A stretch of 64,000 nucleotides of DNA from a virus: IMG/VR virus record IMGVR_UViG_3300031521_000043, positions 9,490 to 73,489 of that record. One strand, given 5' to 3'. Each line of letters starts with the position of its first letter. Position 1 is the stretch's first letter. The notes below the pieces were generated by a model. That model was not told where the DNA came from. It did no database searches and saw nothing but the letters and a program-made list of their open reading frames with translations. This document shows, one piece after another, positions 1 through 11,500 of this stretch. A program made the position numbers and the translations under genes.

Positions 1-358
1 GATAATTTTTAATACTCGCTTTTAGAAAATCATCAATGGGATAAAGTTCTTTAATTTCTTTAATTAGTTCGTATTTTTCTTTAGAAAGTTTTAAGTTACT
101 TAACTTTTTACGTTGTTCGACAATAACAGATAAAAATCTGTCAGCATGTGATTCATCTTTTATCTTTTCAGACAAAAGAAAATTGTATAGTCTCCACTCT
201 TTGCCTAATTCGGTATTTTCTTTGAAATACTTAAAGAGCAAATCTTTGGCTTCTGAATTTTCTTTTCCAGCGATGATGTCCGCCGTTATCTGTCTAGTTA
301 ACAGTTCAAACAAAATCCCGGTGTTTTTAAACTTTGAATGGCGCAATTTTTTAAGCAT
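1..358 (-). CDS. Conserved head-region protein downstream of portal (3' truncated by window edge)
   Basis: Open frame from ATG at 358 (MLKKLRHSKFKNTGILFELLTRQITADII...) runs off the window; TATTTATA motif at 383-390 upstream. Confidence 0.8.
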   Translation of the reverse strand, partial: MLKKLRHSKFKNTGILFELLTRQITADIIAGKENSEAKDLLFKYFKENTELGKEWRLYNFLLSEKIKDESHADRFLSVIVEQRKKLSNLKLSKEKYELIKEIKELYPIDDFLKASIKNY

Positions 359-421
359 ATATTCAACTCTTCCCACTTAATTTATAAATATGTACACAAT
401 ACGTGAAAATGTATTATTTCA

Positions 422-2485
422 CTATTCACTGATTATGTTTCCTTCGTCGAGAAGAGATGGTTTGCCACGTTCTTCCGATTCTTTAATTAATTCTTTTTTT
501 TCTGATTTAGATTTTAAATAGGAACCCAAACTCTGAAGTAAGGTTCCACGTTCCATTGTTTCCAGACTTAATGGCGAATTTTTTGCCCATTTTGGTGTTA
601 AAGAATCGTGTCCTTTTCTAGGCGTTCTATTATTTTCTAAATTCCCCAATGGGTCTTCACCGAACGGATGTTGGCTGCGAGCATCATGTTCTCCTTTTTG
701 AGATGGTCTTTCGTAATCATCAGCATATTCTCCTTGTTCTTCATCTATACTTCCACTATCTTGATTCTTAGTCATTTGATTCCACTTTATATGGTTTACA
801 CTGCCTTTTATTTTAGCCTCTTGTAATGGAGGCAATCCGCCACCTCCACCTAAATCAGGTAATTCGCTTCCGCCCGCACCACCTAAATCAGGCAAACCAC
901 CACCTAAGTCTGACATTCCTCCGCCTTCGCCGGCTCCACCTTCTGCATTAGGGTTAATTTTCTGGAATGGCTTTGCTGGGTCGTTTCCCTCTTCTTCAAT
1001 AGATTTAAATCTCCACATCTGTTTAGAATCTTCAACAATTTGGTCAAGCAATTCATCGGAATCGTCTTTTGAAAGATTAAACACGTTTTTATAAATCCAA
1101 CTTTTAGAAAATAACTTATTTTCCATCATGTTTTTTGCTAACTCGGTTTTATTACTCCACACTTCAATTTTTTCTTTTTCAAAAATAGTTGAAGGATTTG
1201 TCAATTCTAGTTTAAAATTTACCAAACTCTCATCACGATATCCTTGTGAATATAAATGAACTATTGCAATCTTTTCTAATTCGGAAATAATTACTTTCTG
1301 AATACGTTGAATTGTTCGTGCAAATCTTACATCTTCTGATGCCAACGTAGCCTTGCCGGAAAGTTCTTCTTCATATCCCAAAAATGCTTTTGGAATTTTT
1401 AATGCTGCCATTAATTTGTTACGAAGATATTGAATATCGTCAATGCCAGTAAACTCCATGCCTGATAGAGTTTCAATAGATGTTCCACTATCACTGCCAC
1501 GAACAGGAAGATAGAAGTCTTCTACCATGTTTTGAAGATTGAATCTAAGATTGTAATCGCCCGTTTGTGGGTCAATATATGGAACCTTTTTCATCTTAGA
1601 GATGGCTTTCTCCATAAAAGTATCAACATCTTGTGGAGGGATATTACCAACATCCAATTTAAATATACGTTTTTCAGGCGCACGCATGATACGATGAATT
1701 AACATAGCATCTTCCATCAATGACAATTGTTTCCACACACGACGTGCGCCTTCAATCATGGCTTTACCATATGGAAGAAAGTTAGAATCTGAAAGTAACC
1801 TAAAATGCGCACATTCAAAGAATTCCAACGTTTCTACTTGAGATGTATCCGTAGGACGAATTTGAAACTTTACATAATTCTTGTTAAGTGGGTCTGTATT
1901 TTCAAGACGTTCGACATTATATGCTGAAATAGGTTCTATTTGATAAACTCCGTATTCAGGCGAGACATACAATCTCATAAAAAAATCGCCGTATTTACAT
2001 AAATTTCTTGTCCACGACCACAAATTATGTTCTACGTTTAAGATGTCATAAAATAAATTAGTAAGAATTCCTTTGATGTTATCGTCCTCGGCATGAACAA
2101 CTAACATCTTACCCAACTCGTTTGTAGTTAACGATTCATCAGCATAGATGTCTAATGCTGAAGCAAGAATCGGGTCCATATCCATCGTATCGTAATCTCT
2201 AAATAAATCGATACGAGCGGCTTGATAGGCTAGTGAAAAGTCCCTTGTGTAAGCATTATATGAAGTAGAACGAACTCTATTAAAACGGTCACGAAGACTG
2301 TTTCTATCCGTCGCATACATCAAATCACTAGTATCTTTAACTTTTAGTTTTTTACCACCAACGTTTCTAACTACAACACCCGCAGAAAACAACTTCTTTA
2401 AACGAGCGAATAACGATTTTTGCTTTATATCAATCTCGTCATTATCTACGTTTACTTCTGGTCGTATTGGTGTGTTAGATGGCAT
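422..2485 (-). CDS. Portal protein, T4 gp20-like
   Basis: Motifs 'QLSLMEDAMLIHRIMRAPEKRIFKLDVGN', 'EDFYLP', 'DDIQYLRNKLMAALKIP' typical of gp20 portals; adjacent to terminase. Confidence 0.95.
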   Translation of the reverse strand: MPSNTPIRPEVNVDNDEIDIKQKSLFARLKKLFSAGVVVRNVGGKKLKVKDTSDLMYATDRNSLRDRFNRVRSTSYNAYTRDFSLAYQAARIDLFRDYDTMDMDPILASALDIYADESLTTNELGKMLVVHAEDDNIKGILTNLFYDILNVEHNLWSWTRNLCKYGDFFMRLYVSPEYGVYQIEPISAYNVERLENTDPLNKNYVKFQIRPTDTSQVETLEFFECAHFRLLSDSNFLPYGKAMIEGARRVWKQLSLMEDAMLIHRIMRAPEKRIFKLDVGNIPPQDVDTFMEKAISKMKKVPYIDPQTGDYNLRFNLQNMVEDFYLPVRGSDSGTSIETLSGMEFTGIDDIQYLRNKLMAALKIPKAFLGYEEELSGKATLASEDVRFARTIQRIQKVIISELEKIAIVHLYSQGYRDESLVNFKLELTNPSTIFEKEKIEVWSNKTELAKNMMENKLFSKSWIYKNVFNLSKDDSDELLDQIVEDSKQMWRFKSIEEEGNDPAKPFQKINPNAEGGAGEGGGMSDLGGGLPDLGGAGGSELPDLGGGGGLPPLQEAKIKGSVNHIKWNQMTKNQDSGSIDEEQGEYADDYERPSQKGEHDARSQHPFGEDPLGNLENNRTPRKGHDSLTPKWAKNSPLSLETMERGTLLQSLGSYLKSKSEKKELIKESEERGKPSLLDEGNIISE

Positions 2486-2539
2486 ATATTGTCCTTTTTA
2501 CGCTGTGTGTATATTTAATCAAGTATAAATATATGTAAA

Positions 2540-4150
2540 TTATCGTAACAACCATGTTAGTGAAGTTACATCACCAGGTTTTCCGCCTGTTTTCATTTGC
2601 CATGAATCTTTACCACTAGAAACCATACCGGCTCTATAAATTGGAGTTTTATCATTGTTTTGATTTACGTGAATTTTATCTAACATAGCTTTTGACAAAA
2701 GAATACCATCCGACCTCAATCTTAATGCTGTATCTCTGACCCACAATCCGATAGCCAAAGACATCACTAAATCGTCGTTATAATTTTCTGCGGCTTGCGC
2801 TTTTCCATTTTCCCAAATAAATGTTTTTAGTTCGTTTATCAATCTTACTGAATGGATTGTGACGGATTTTTCTCTAAAATATGCTTCCATCTTTGAAATG
2901 ATTACTGGTCTTGTACTTATTGTTGTAGTAAATCCTGGTTTTAGTTTCTTTTCTTCGGAATTATATCTGTTGCTAAGTTGTCTATGAACTTCGATTACTT
3001 TCAAATCCAAACTACTATAAAATGTATTTTTATATTCGCGGTCTATTATTTGTTGTAACACTGCCGGCCCAAGACCGTTATATTCAACAATCAATAATGC
3101 GTCATTATATTTTGTTGACATAAAAACAAGTTCGTTACCAAAATCTTTCATAGACAACTGTCCGTGATATTCTGCCACTTGTTCCAAAGTATCTACGTCA
3201 ATAATATGTGCGGCGGAATAGTCTAATCCATCACCACGAGCAGGGTCTGCGGAAGTAATATAACTATGACCTTCTTCAGGTTGTTTAAAAATCCACCATT
3301 CTTCACCTCGATATTGTTCTATTCTATCAAAAATCATCTTTTGGTCGTCTTCATATTCTTTTAGAATCATTAAATCGACAACGTTAGTTCCTGATGATAG
3401 GAAGTCACAATCACACTCCTGATTTGCTCCTTTTATTCCTAGTTGTTTTGTTTGTTCATCTCTCCAGTTTTGGTCACGTTCTGGATGTAATTGCCATGGC
3501 AGTTTAAGAGTTTTAAAATCATTCTTTTTCTTATCTGCATTTACCCACATCTTATGGAACCAATTACCTACACCATTAGGAGTAGAAAGAACAATAGCTC
3601 TACCACCGGTTGACAATGTGTTGTAGCAAGATGTCCAAATATCTTCCGCTTCGTCGATGAATGCGGCTTCGTCGATAATCAACAAACTCAATGCTTTTGA
3701 ACGTCCGGCATCTCTTGATGATGACGTAGCAGCAACTTGCGAACCATTTTCAAATCGAAGTGACATGTGGTTATTTGTCGTTTCTTTAACTTTTAACCAT
3801 GATGGTAAATGTTCATTTGCAAAACGAACCTTTGTAACAATTTCCTTTGATACTTCTTGTTTAATTGAAATAATCAAAATACTTTTATCACTGTTAAAAA
3901 TTGATAACCAAAGAGAATACGCAGCTACCAATGTAGTAATACCTAACTGACGTGACTTAAGAATCAAAAGAAATCGGTCATCATGAAAATGTTGTAAAGC
4001 ATCTTCCTGAAAAGGAAACAAGTTAAATGGGATTGTTCCCTTATTTGGATGTTGAATTTTTACATATTTACGCATGAAATAAATCGGGTCTTCCATGCAT
4101 TTTCGTGTTTCTTCACGAATGACGTCTCTTAAGTTTGGTACTGCTGCCAT
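2540..4150 (-). CDS. Terminase large subunit, T4 gp17-like
   Basis: Walker A variant 'KSRQLGITT', Walker B 'LIIDEAAF', 'STPNG', RNase H-like nuclease 'DPARG..DYS' and 'DDLVMS'. Confidence 0.95.
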   Translation of the reverse strand: MAAVPNLRDVIREETRKCMEDPIYFMRKYVKIQHPNKGTIPFNLFPFQEDALQHFHDDRFLLILKSRQLGITTLVAAYSLWLSIFNSDKSILIISIKQEVSKEIVTKVRFANEHLPSWLKVKETTNNHMSLRFENGSQVAATSSSRDAGRSKALSLLIIDEAAFIDEAEDIWTSCYNTLSTGGRAIVLSTPNGVGNWFHKMWVNADKKKNDFKTLKLPWQLHPERDQNWRDEQTKQLGIKGANQECDCDFLSSGTNVVDLMILKEYEDDQKMIFDRIEQYRGEEWWIFKQPEEGHSYITSADPARGDGLDYSAAHIIDVDTLEQVAEYHGQLSMKDFGNELVFMSTKYNDALLIVEYNGLGPAVLQQIIDREYKNTFYSSLDLKVIEVHRQLSNRYNSEEKKLKPGFTTTISTRPVIISKMEAYFREKSVTIHSVRLINELKTFIWENGKAQAAENYNDDLVMSLAIGLWVRDTALRLRSDGILLSKAMLDKIHVNQNNDKTPIYRAGMVSSGKDSWQMKTGGKPGDVTSLTWLLR

Positions 4151-4151
4151 A

Positions 4152-4766
4152 TTATTTTACTATTGTTGATTCGATACCTTCTATCTCTTTATTAATTCTG
4201 TCTAATTCTGTATTAACTTTTTCCAAGTCAAGTTTAGCATCGATTAACCATTTTGGATTTGATGTACCAGAGAAGGTTAATTCTTGACCGTCCGGCATAG
4301 TTTCTTTTATTTTACCTGTCTCTTTACTTAAAAATTCAATCGATTCTAAAACCTTATCTTTAAAATCTTTCAATGCTCCACGGTGATTTTTTAAGATTTT
4401 CATTTGTTGATATTCTTCCCATTTACCAGTTACTCTATAAATCATCTCTTCAGCTTCTAGGCATTCGTAACACATCTGCGTTTTTGGAAAAATCTTTTTG
4501 TCCAATCTATCTCCATAAAGTCTTACATTCATTCCACATTTAGAACATTTAGAAACAGAATTGATGGCATCAAGAACCGGAGTATCTGATGAATTTAATG
4601 ACACATTTCTTCCGTCTTTTCTTTGCCATTTCTTTCCTTTAGAGTCTTCCCACGTTTCTCCGTCTTTTCTAGTAGAAGATGCAGGCGTATATCCAATCTG
4701 TATAAACGGATTTTCTCCGTCTAACACTTGTTCAATTATTTTTAAATTCCATTTTCGTCTAGCCAT
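4152..4766 (-). CDS. Hypothetical protein with CxxC...CxxC zinc-binding motif
   Basis: 204 aa ORF with CSKC and CYEC, abutting the terminase gene. Confidence 0.7.
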   Translation of the reverse strand: MARRKWNLKIIEQVLDGENPFIQIGYTPASSTRKDGETWEDSKGKKWQRKDGRNVSLNSSDTPVLDAINSVSKCSKCGMNVRLYGDRLDKKIFPKTQMCYECLEAEEMIYRVTGKWEEYQQMKILKNHRGALKDFKDKVLESIEFLSKETGKIKETMPDGQELTFSGTSNPKWLIDAKLDLEKVNTELDRINKEIEGIESTIVK

Positions 4767-4831
4767 AGATTAATCCTTTGTATTATATAGGTCACAGAAA
4801 ATTGTCATTATATTTATAAACAACATGATTA

Positions 4832-7078
4832 TCAACTTGTTTCTATAACTTTAGACCCTGTAACCCAGTATATTTTTCTTCCGGCCAAAACTCCATATTC
4901 AGATGAAAGTGATTTTTTTGTAGTAATTGTAGTATCTAATCGATTACTTGCATTTCCAAGTGATAGATACAAATATTCATTATCTCCATTAATATCAACA
5001 ATTGGGTCAAATACTAATGCTCCGTCAGCTCTAACAGATACTACTCTACTTTGACTTATTGCTGGCTGCCCAGGCCTAGCTACAATGTTTGGTATATAAA
5101 TGTCTCCCGTTTGAACAATTATACTTTGTGATACATATAAACTTCCTGATATGTATAAGTCGTTATAACTGCTACCACTACCAGGAATATATGGAATTAA
5201 CGTACTTCCAGATGGGTCAAAGTTTTGAAAGGCATTTAAGCCAGAATATATAAGATTGTTATTAATATCAAATAATTCAGCCTTTATTTGAAATGTTTCA
5301 TTTGCTACACTTATAGGCCAAGGAATTTTTGTGGCATAAATGTCAGGAGAAAATCCATCATCTCCATATACACTTATTGAAATATCTTTTATATAAGCAG
5401 TACATAAAGTAGGAACTATTACCAACGTTCCAAACAAATCATTCTGAGGTGTGTAGAAGGTGTATGAATCAGTAAAATCCGAAATTGACCCACTGTTATT
5501 TGCTTTAAGTTCTGCAATCTTTACACCAAATTTGTTGTTATAATTAGATTCCTTTTGTGCGTTAGGATATGAACTTGTAATGTAAAAAGTTAACTTAGCT
5601 CCTGTTTCGGATTGATTTTTTAACAATACCGCCGAAATATCAAGTGTATATTGAACATTTTTATAAAATGCCATGAAATTGGAATCATATGCCGAACCAG
5701 ATTCCGATAAATTTTCATCTGAGTTAAATGGAACGTATGTAGCGTTTCTATTAATTGGAGATGAATCATTTTTTACAATAAAATAATCCGCGTCTGAGGT
5801 GGGAGTGACAGATGAAACATACATACTGTCTATAGCATAACTCGGAGTATGAGTTAATAAAATATTGTTTGAACTTGTAAACCAATATCGGTTTATATGT
5901 TCTTGATTATAAAACTTACCAAGTAAATCATAATATTTATTCTGTGTTAAACTATCAATCAATACTTGATTTGAGTGAATTGGTTCATCAGCAATAACTG
6001 AAAAATCAGCATTAGATAATAAACTTTTTCTATAGATTTTGTGTCTTGCCACATATCCAGAAAATGTTCTGATATTTTTATAAACTATATCTGCATATGA
6101 TTCTTTTACAATATATGATACACCGCCGATGTTAGTAGTCTGATAACTGGCCGATGTATCATTGTAGTTTATAAACGAATATGGTATTGAAAAGTCCGCA
6201 TCTAAAATGTTTGTTATAGATGTATTTCCCAATCCATCCAAATAATAGTAAGGTTGGTCTATTTGAATGGTATTATTATTTAAAACGTTCTTTATGGTAT
6301 ATGAAGCTGTTTGTGATACGGAAATCTCATCAGCCGATATTGGAGATTGAATCTTGTTTATATTAAGAAATATGGTAGCTCCGACCATTTGAGAATTGAA
6401 AGCATTGACTTCAGGAGTCGAATTTACAACTAAAGGAGTGTTTAAAGTTAATCTATAATCTATATCGATGTTTGATTTGTTAATAGTAGCTTGATTTACA
6501 CTTTTTTTAGGACTTACTGCCAAACCATTTATTTTCCCTGTAAAATCTTGGTTGCTGACCAAATTCATAGAAATGTTAGAACTAAGAACAGGCAGTTCTG
6601 CGGAAGTAATTTCTAAAGCCGGAGTCTGATAAAATCTTACTCTCGAATGATTTGTTAAAGTTTTGTTGATAACTACATTTTGCATCCATTTTACAGAACG
6701 ACCATCAATTAAAGTTCCATAAAGTATCAACTTACCCACTCCATCGGCGGTATCATCATAAACATGAATTGAAACTATAGTGGCAACGCCTTCTTTATAT
6801 GTGTTGTTTATAGTTCCGTCGTCCGAATACTTAGCCATCTCTATGAAGAGATAATTTCCTTGAGCATCCAAGCATTCAATATAAATTTCACCATCTGTAG
6901 TTAAAAACGGAGAACCATTAATAGCAATAGGATTTTTACCCGCAGTGAACGTGGAGTCAAATTCCGACACTACAAAGTATCGTGAAAGATACTCAGTATC
7001 AGTTACATCTGCTTGTTTTTTGTAAAGCCCGTAATTAACGCCGGATGCGCCAAAACTGTCAATTAAATTCAATACCAT
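4832..7078 (-). CDS. Putative virion structural protein
   Basis: 748 aa, S/T/N/Y-rich beta-type composition; TATTTATA motif 3 nt upstream of ATG. Confidence 0.65.
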   Translation of the reverse strand: MVLNLIDSFGASGVNYGLYKKQADVTDTEYLSRYFVVSEFDSTFTAGKNPIAINGSPFLTTDGEIYIECLDAQGNYLFIEMAKYSDDGTINNTYKEGVATIVSIHVYDDTADGVGKLILYGTLIDGRSVKWMQNVVINKTLTNHSRVRFYQTPALEITSAELPVLSSNISMNLVSNQDFTGKINGLAVSPKKSVNQATINKSNIDIDYRLTLNTPLVVNSTPEVNAFNSQMVGATIFLNINKIQSPISADEISVSQTASYTIKNVLNNNTIQIDQPYYYLDGLGNTSITNILDADFSIPYSFINYNDTSASYQTTNIGGVSYIVKESYADIVYKNIRTFSGYVARHKIYRKSLLSNADFSVIADEPIHSNQVLIDSLTQNKYYDLLGKFYNQEHINRYWFTSSNNILLTHTPSYAIDSMYVSSVTPTSDADYFIVKNDSSPINRNATYVPFNSDENLSESGSAYDSNFMAFYKNVQYTLDISAVLLKNQSETGAKLTFYITSSYPNAQKESNYNNKFGVKIAELKANNSGSISDFTDSYTFYTPQNDLFGTLVIVPTLCTAYIKDISISVYGDDGFSPDIYATKIPWPISVANETFQIKAELFDINNNLIYSGLNAFQNFDPSGSTLIPYIPGSGSSYNDLYISGSLYVSQSIIVQTGDIYIPNIVARPGQPAISQSRVVSVRADGALVFDPIVDINGDNEYLYLSLGNASNRLDTTITTKKSLSSEYGVLAGRKIYWVTGSKVIETS

Positions 7079-7108
7079 GCCTATAAATAGGCAATAATAT
7101 CATATTTA

Positions 7109-7756
7109 TTAAGTTAATCCGTTGATATAATTCTTATGAATCCAAAAAGATTCTATTTGAATATCTCCCAATCTACAAAATAATACTTCTATAAAATTGT
7201 TATTTTGTAAAAATAATTTTACATCCGAATATAGAGATTGACCTTCCCACACAGTTTTTATTTCAGATTCTAATTGAATAGATTTAACAATATCAATTTT
7301 TTCTCCAAATGATTTAAGAACATCTAAGGTTGTTCCTTCTGTATCTATTTTACAAATATCAATGTGAGTTAAATTCAAATTCGATATTACAGATTTCATA
7401 TCAATACAATCAACTTTTATTGAATTTTGTGTAGAATCCGTCTTTTTAAGTAAACTGCAGTTACCTATATTATTTTCGTTAATATATAACTCTTTTGTCA
7501 ATACAGTCGATGATATAGCATTGTTAAATGTTTGAAATTGTGGATAATTTTGTATAATTTCTTGACAAGAGTTCGGATTTGGTTCAAAAATTATACAATT
7601 TTTAGATGGTATATGAAAATGATTAGATATAAAGTTTGTATCATATCCATCTCTTGACCCTATTTCAACACAATTTATAGGTTTTATCGACGATAAATTT
7701 TGAATGCCCAAAATTATAAAAGTTAAATCAAATCGACACGGTGGAGTATTATTCAT
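7109..7756 (-). CDS. FkbM-family SAM-dependent methyltransferase
   Basis: 'EIGSRDG', 'FEPNP', 'KIDTEG' motifs. Confidence 0.88.
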   Translation of the reverse strand: MNNTPPCRFDLTFIILGIQNLSSIKPINCVEIGSRDGYDTNFISNHFHIPSKNCIIFEPNPNSCQEIIQNYPQFQTFNNAISSTVLTKELYINENNIGNCSLLKKTDSTQNSIKVDCIDMKSVISNLNLTHIDICKIDTEGTTLDVLKSFGEKIDIVKSIQLESEIKTVWEGQSLYSDVKLFLQNNNFIEVLFCRLGDIQIESFWIHKNYINGLT

Positions 7757-8510
7757 ATTTCTTTAATTCTTTTGTGTATTCATTGTATCTTAAAAATTTA
7801 CAATTTAAGATTAATTTTATTTCATTCATTCTTTTAATATCTTTTTCTTTTAAATTTCCATATACATAATGTCTTGGTTCGTCATATTCAATTACAATGT
7901 TTAAACTGGGTTCGTAATAATCTACAAAATAACCGAGATTTTCTATCAAAAATTGTTGATTTGATTTTTTGTAATAGATACCATTCCATATATTTTCTTT
8001 TTCAATTGTATCAAAATAATTACCTTCTTTCATTCCAACATTATTTATTCGACCATCTTTACTATTTCTTTGCAATTTTAAAATTCGTTTACATGCGGCA
8101 ATTCTCATTTTTCTTCTGGATTCTTCTGTATGATGTTTTCCGTGGAATGGATTCAGGTTATCATATCTATGAGTTCCATACATACCATTATTTTTTCCTG
8201 ACATCTTTTCTTTAGTTTTATTTGTGTGCGTTCTACACCGTTTGCATATAGAATTACTATCAATACCATATTGTAATGTATACTTTGTTGAATAATAGAT
8301 TTCTCTATTACATTTAGGACAATGTTTCGTCCATTTCTTTTCTTTTGTAATACTTTTGCATACGTTCTTTGTTGATTTGTCTTTTGTTTCGTTGATAATA
8401 TTCTCGTCTCCAACGTCGTTTTGCCTCAAGTTGTTCATCATATGTTCTATATTTAGATTTTCGTCCCATATGAATATAAGTATATTACTCCAATCAAAAA
8501 ACTCCAACAA
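7749..8510 (-). mobile_element. Free-standing homing endonuclease (NUMOD3 repeats + DUF559/Vsr-like nuclease domain)
   Basis: 'NPFHGKHHTEESRRKM' NUMOD3, CPKC/CKRC zinc ribbon, C-terminal 'YFVDYYEPSLNIVIEYDEPRH'; start may be slightly downstream. Confidence 0.8.
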
Positions 8511-8511
8511 A

Positions 8512-11500
8512 TTAAATATAATTTACATAAGAAAATCCGTCTTTTTTGGAGATTTCAAGATGACTATCTACCATATCACGTAATGCTTCCAGGTGTGACA
8601 CAACCAATAAAAAATCAAAATTTGATTTTAAATATTCAAATAATATTGGTAATTTAGATAAATTTTCGGCATCCATTACGCCCATGCCTTCATCAATAAT
8701 GAGAAAATTTGGCTTTGGTAAATTGGATATGTTAATCAATGCCACACGTATTGCCAGAGACAAGGCAAACTTCTCAAATCCACTTGTGAGGCTCATTAAC
8801 CACTGTCTTCCATTATAAACGATATATGGAACAATGTTATTACCGTCAGTTTCAAATAACGCGGTAAATTCACATATTTGACTCAAAATACTATTTACTT
8901 CATTTTGAACTTCAGGAACCGTTGCAGTGATAACATCAAATGGAATTCCGTCTCGACTCACGGACTGGCAGTAAAGTTCGTATAGTTTGTATTCCTTTTC
9001 AACAATTTGAATTTTAGCAATTTTATTGTTAATTTCAGAAATCTGATTTTTACACACTGATATTTTACTGTTAATATCCATTACTGTTTTAGTTTTTGTC
9101 TTGTATGAATATTCTACATTTTCTAGTTCTTGTTTAAATTCATTAATTTGACTTGTGATATTATCATTAAACGTCATCGATTCTATGTTTTTATTATAGA
9201 GTTCAACATTCTTTTCATGTGTTTTGATGTCGTCTTCAAACTTAGACAGGTCTTTTCTTAATGAGTTAATATCATCAGTTAATTTGATTCTATCGTCCTT
9301 TAAAGTATTACGTTTTGATAGGAGTCCTGTCAATCTTATATTAGATTCATGTGACCATTGTATCTCTACAATCTTAGCTTCAACGATATCAAGTTTAGCC
9401 TTGATTTCAGATGCTTCAGATTGAATTTTTTCCATCCGTTCTTTGGCTTCTTTGGCATCTTGAGCTATTGAACCAACATGTTTTACGCAAAATTCACAAT
9501 CAGGGTCATAATCAATATCTTTCGCTCTATCAAAAACCTTCATATCTCTAAGATAACTTAACTTCAACTGTTCTCGTTTATTTTCAATACTTCTTTTAGT
9601 TTCTTGAAACGTTCTTAATTGAGAAGCTAAATCAGAAACGTTTTTAGATTCAAGATTAGTTATTTCAAGTTCAACTTGTGTAAGTTGCCCCGCTACCGTC
9701 TCTATTTCCTTCTCTTTGTTTATTATGTTATCTTTTGATGTAATAGCCGACTTTTTAACTTTGTCTAACATCGATAAACTACGTTCTATTGATGGTATGT
9801 TGCCATCAATTTTAATTAGTTTTTTGGTTGTTTCAAGTATGGAGGACTGAAGTAATTCACGATGCTTACCAATACCAACCAATGTAGATTGTTCAGACTC
9901 ATATAACAATTCGGCTTGTTCCAAGAAATTCTGATATTCAAGTAGTTTAGTCGTATAATCATCATTACGATACGTCTTAATCAACACAAACAACTCTTTT
10001 AACCGTTCATTTCCTTCTGTATAAAGTCTATCAAATACTGTAAGACCCATGAATTGAGCAAACAAATCCTTTCTATCTGCGTCTCCCATATCAATGACCG
10101 ACGCATTATTTTTACCGTTTTGAACGCTTAAGGATGTTAAAGCGAAGTCGTCATATGACCCCAAGTATTCTCTAATAACCTCATTAGTATTACGTCTCTG
10201 TTCTCCGTTTAAGTCTACTTTTTCACCGTTTTCCAATTTCCAAAACTTGACGTCTACCTTGACTTTTCCCTTTTTGTCAGTCGTAGCATTACGAGAGATA
10301 AAGTATCTTTTTCCATCCAACTCGAACTCAAATTTACAACTAAAAGTTGTTTTTTTATCATTCATTATGTTTTTAGCCGTGGATGTACGTTCACATTTAT
10401 CAAACAAACAGAACGTTAAAGCAGAAAAAATACTTGATTTTCCAGAAGCATTAGCGGCAAACAAACCAACCAAATCTTTGGTTTTAGTAAAGTCGATTAC
10501 ATTACCTTCACCATATGAAAACATGTTTTCCCACTCAAATTTGATAGGCATCCAACGAATATTCCTTGCAAAATCATCTTTTTTAACTAGGTCATTAACC
10601 TCGTTATTTATTTTGATTATACCATCTATCAAGGATTGGTCGGTGATTTTTAACTTAGTTTTTAAGTAATCAGTAATAAGTGTGACTTGATAGTTTTTAT
10701 CATCAATGTTACCCAAAACTACATTTCCACTGGATGACGGAATTCTAATTAACGACGTTCCGGTGTCTAATTTATCATAAGATATATCGACGACTTCGGT
10801 TGCCTGTTTCGCCAATGATATGGCGGCTTTAATTTCAGATGGAGTTGAATTTTTATGTTGAATACGAATTCTGGCTTTTTTTGGTATATTAGTAAAATCC
10901 GTCGTTACTGTACCATTATCAACTACCACACTAAAAAATCCATATTCGTTCGGGACTTCGATGTGTGAATAATCTCTACGTTGTAGATTCCAAAATGAAT
11001 AACCATGACCTGTTAATGGTTCATCGTGTTTTTGTTGAATAAGAGAACCGCAATAATGAATTATTGGTTTGAATGCGTCGTAATCGTATTCTTGAAGGTC
11101 TTGAATTTTATGAATATCGCCCATTAATACGATATCGTGGTTATCAAATAAATCAACAGAAACTTGTGGAAACACAAACTTGAACCCCAAATCACTAACC
11201 GCACCATCCATCTGTCCATGATATGTGGCAATAAAGTATTCAAATTGATTTTTGTAAATCGATGGAATGTCGGCCCCTTTTAAATATTTGTCAGGTGTAT
11301 CAAACACACTATAATTGTTTATACAAATGTTGCCAAGACCATACAATCCAGATTCTTTTAAATAAAACAGATTGGGATGATTTAATGCATCAACTATCGG
11401 ACTCAAACTATCCATTCGATTTCGATTGGTCAAGTTAGTATCATGATTTCCGGTAATAAGGACGGTTGGCCGTAGATTTGCCGCCTCACGTAAAAATTCC

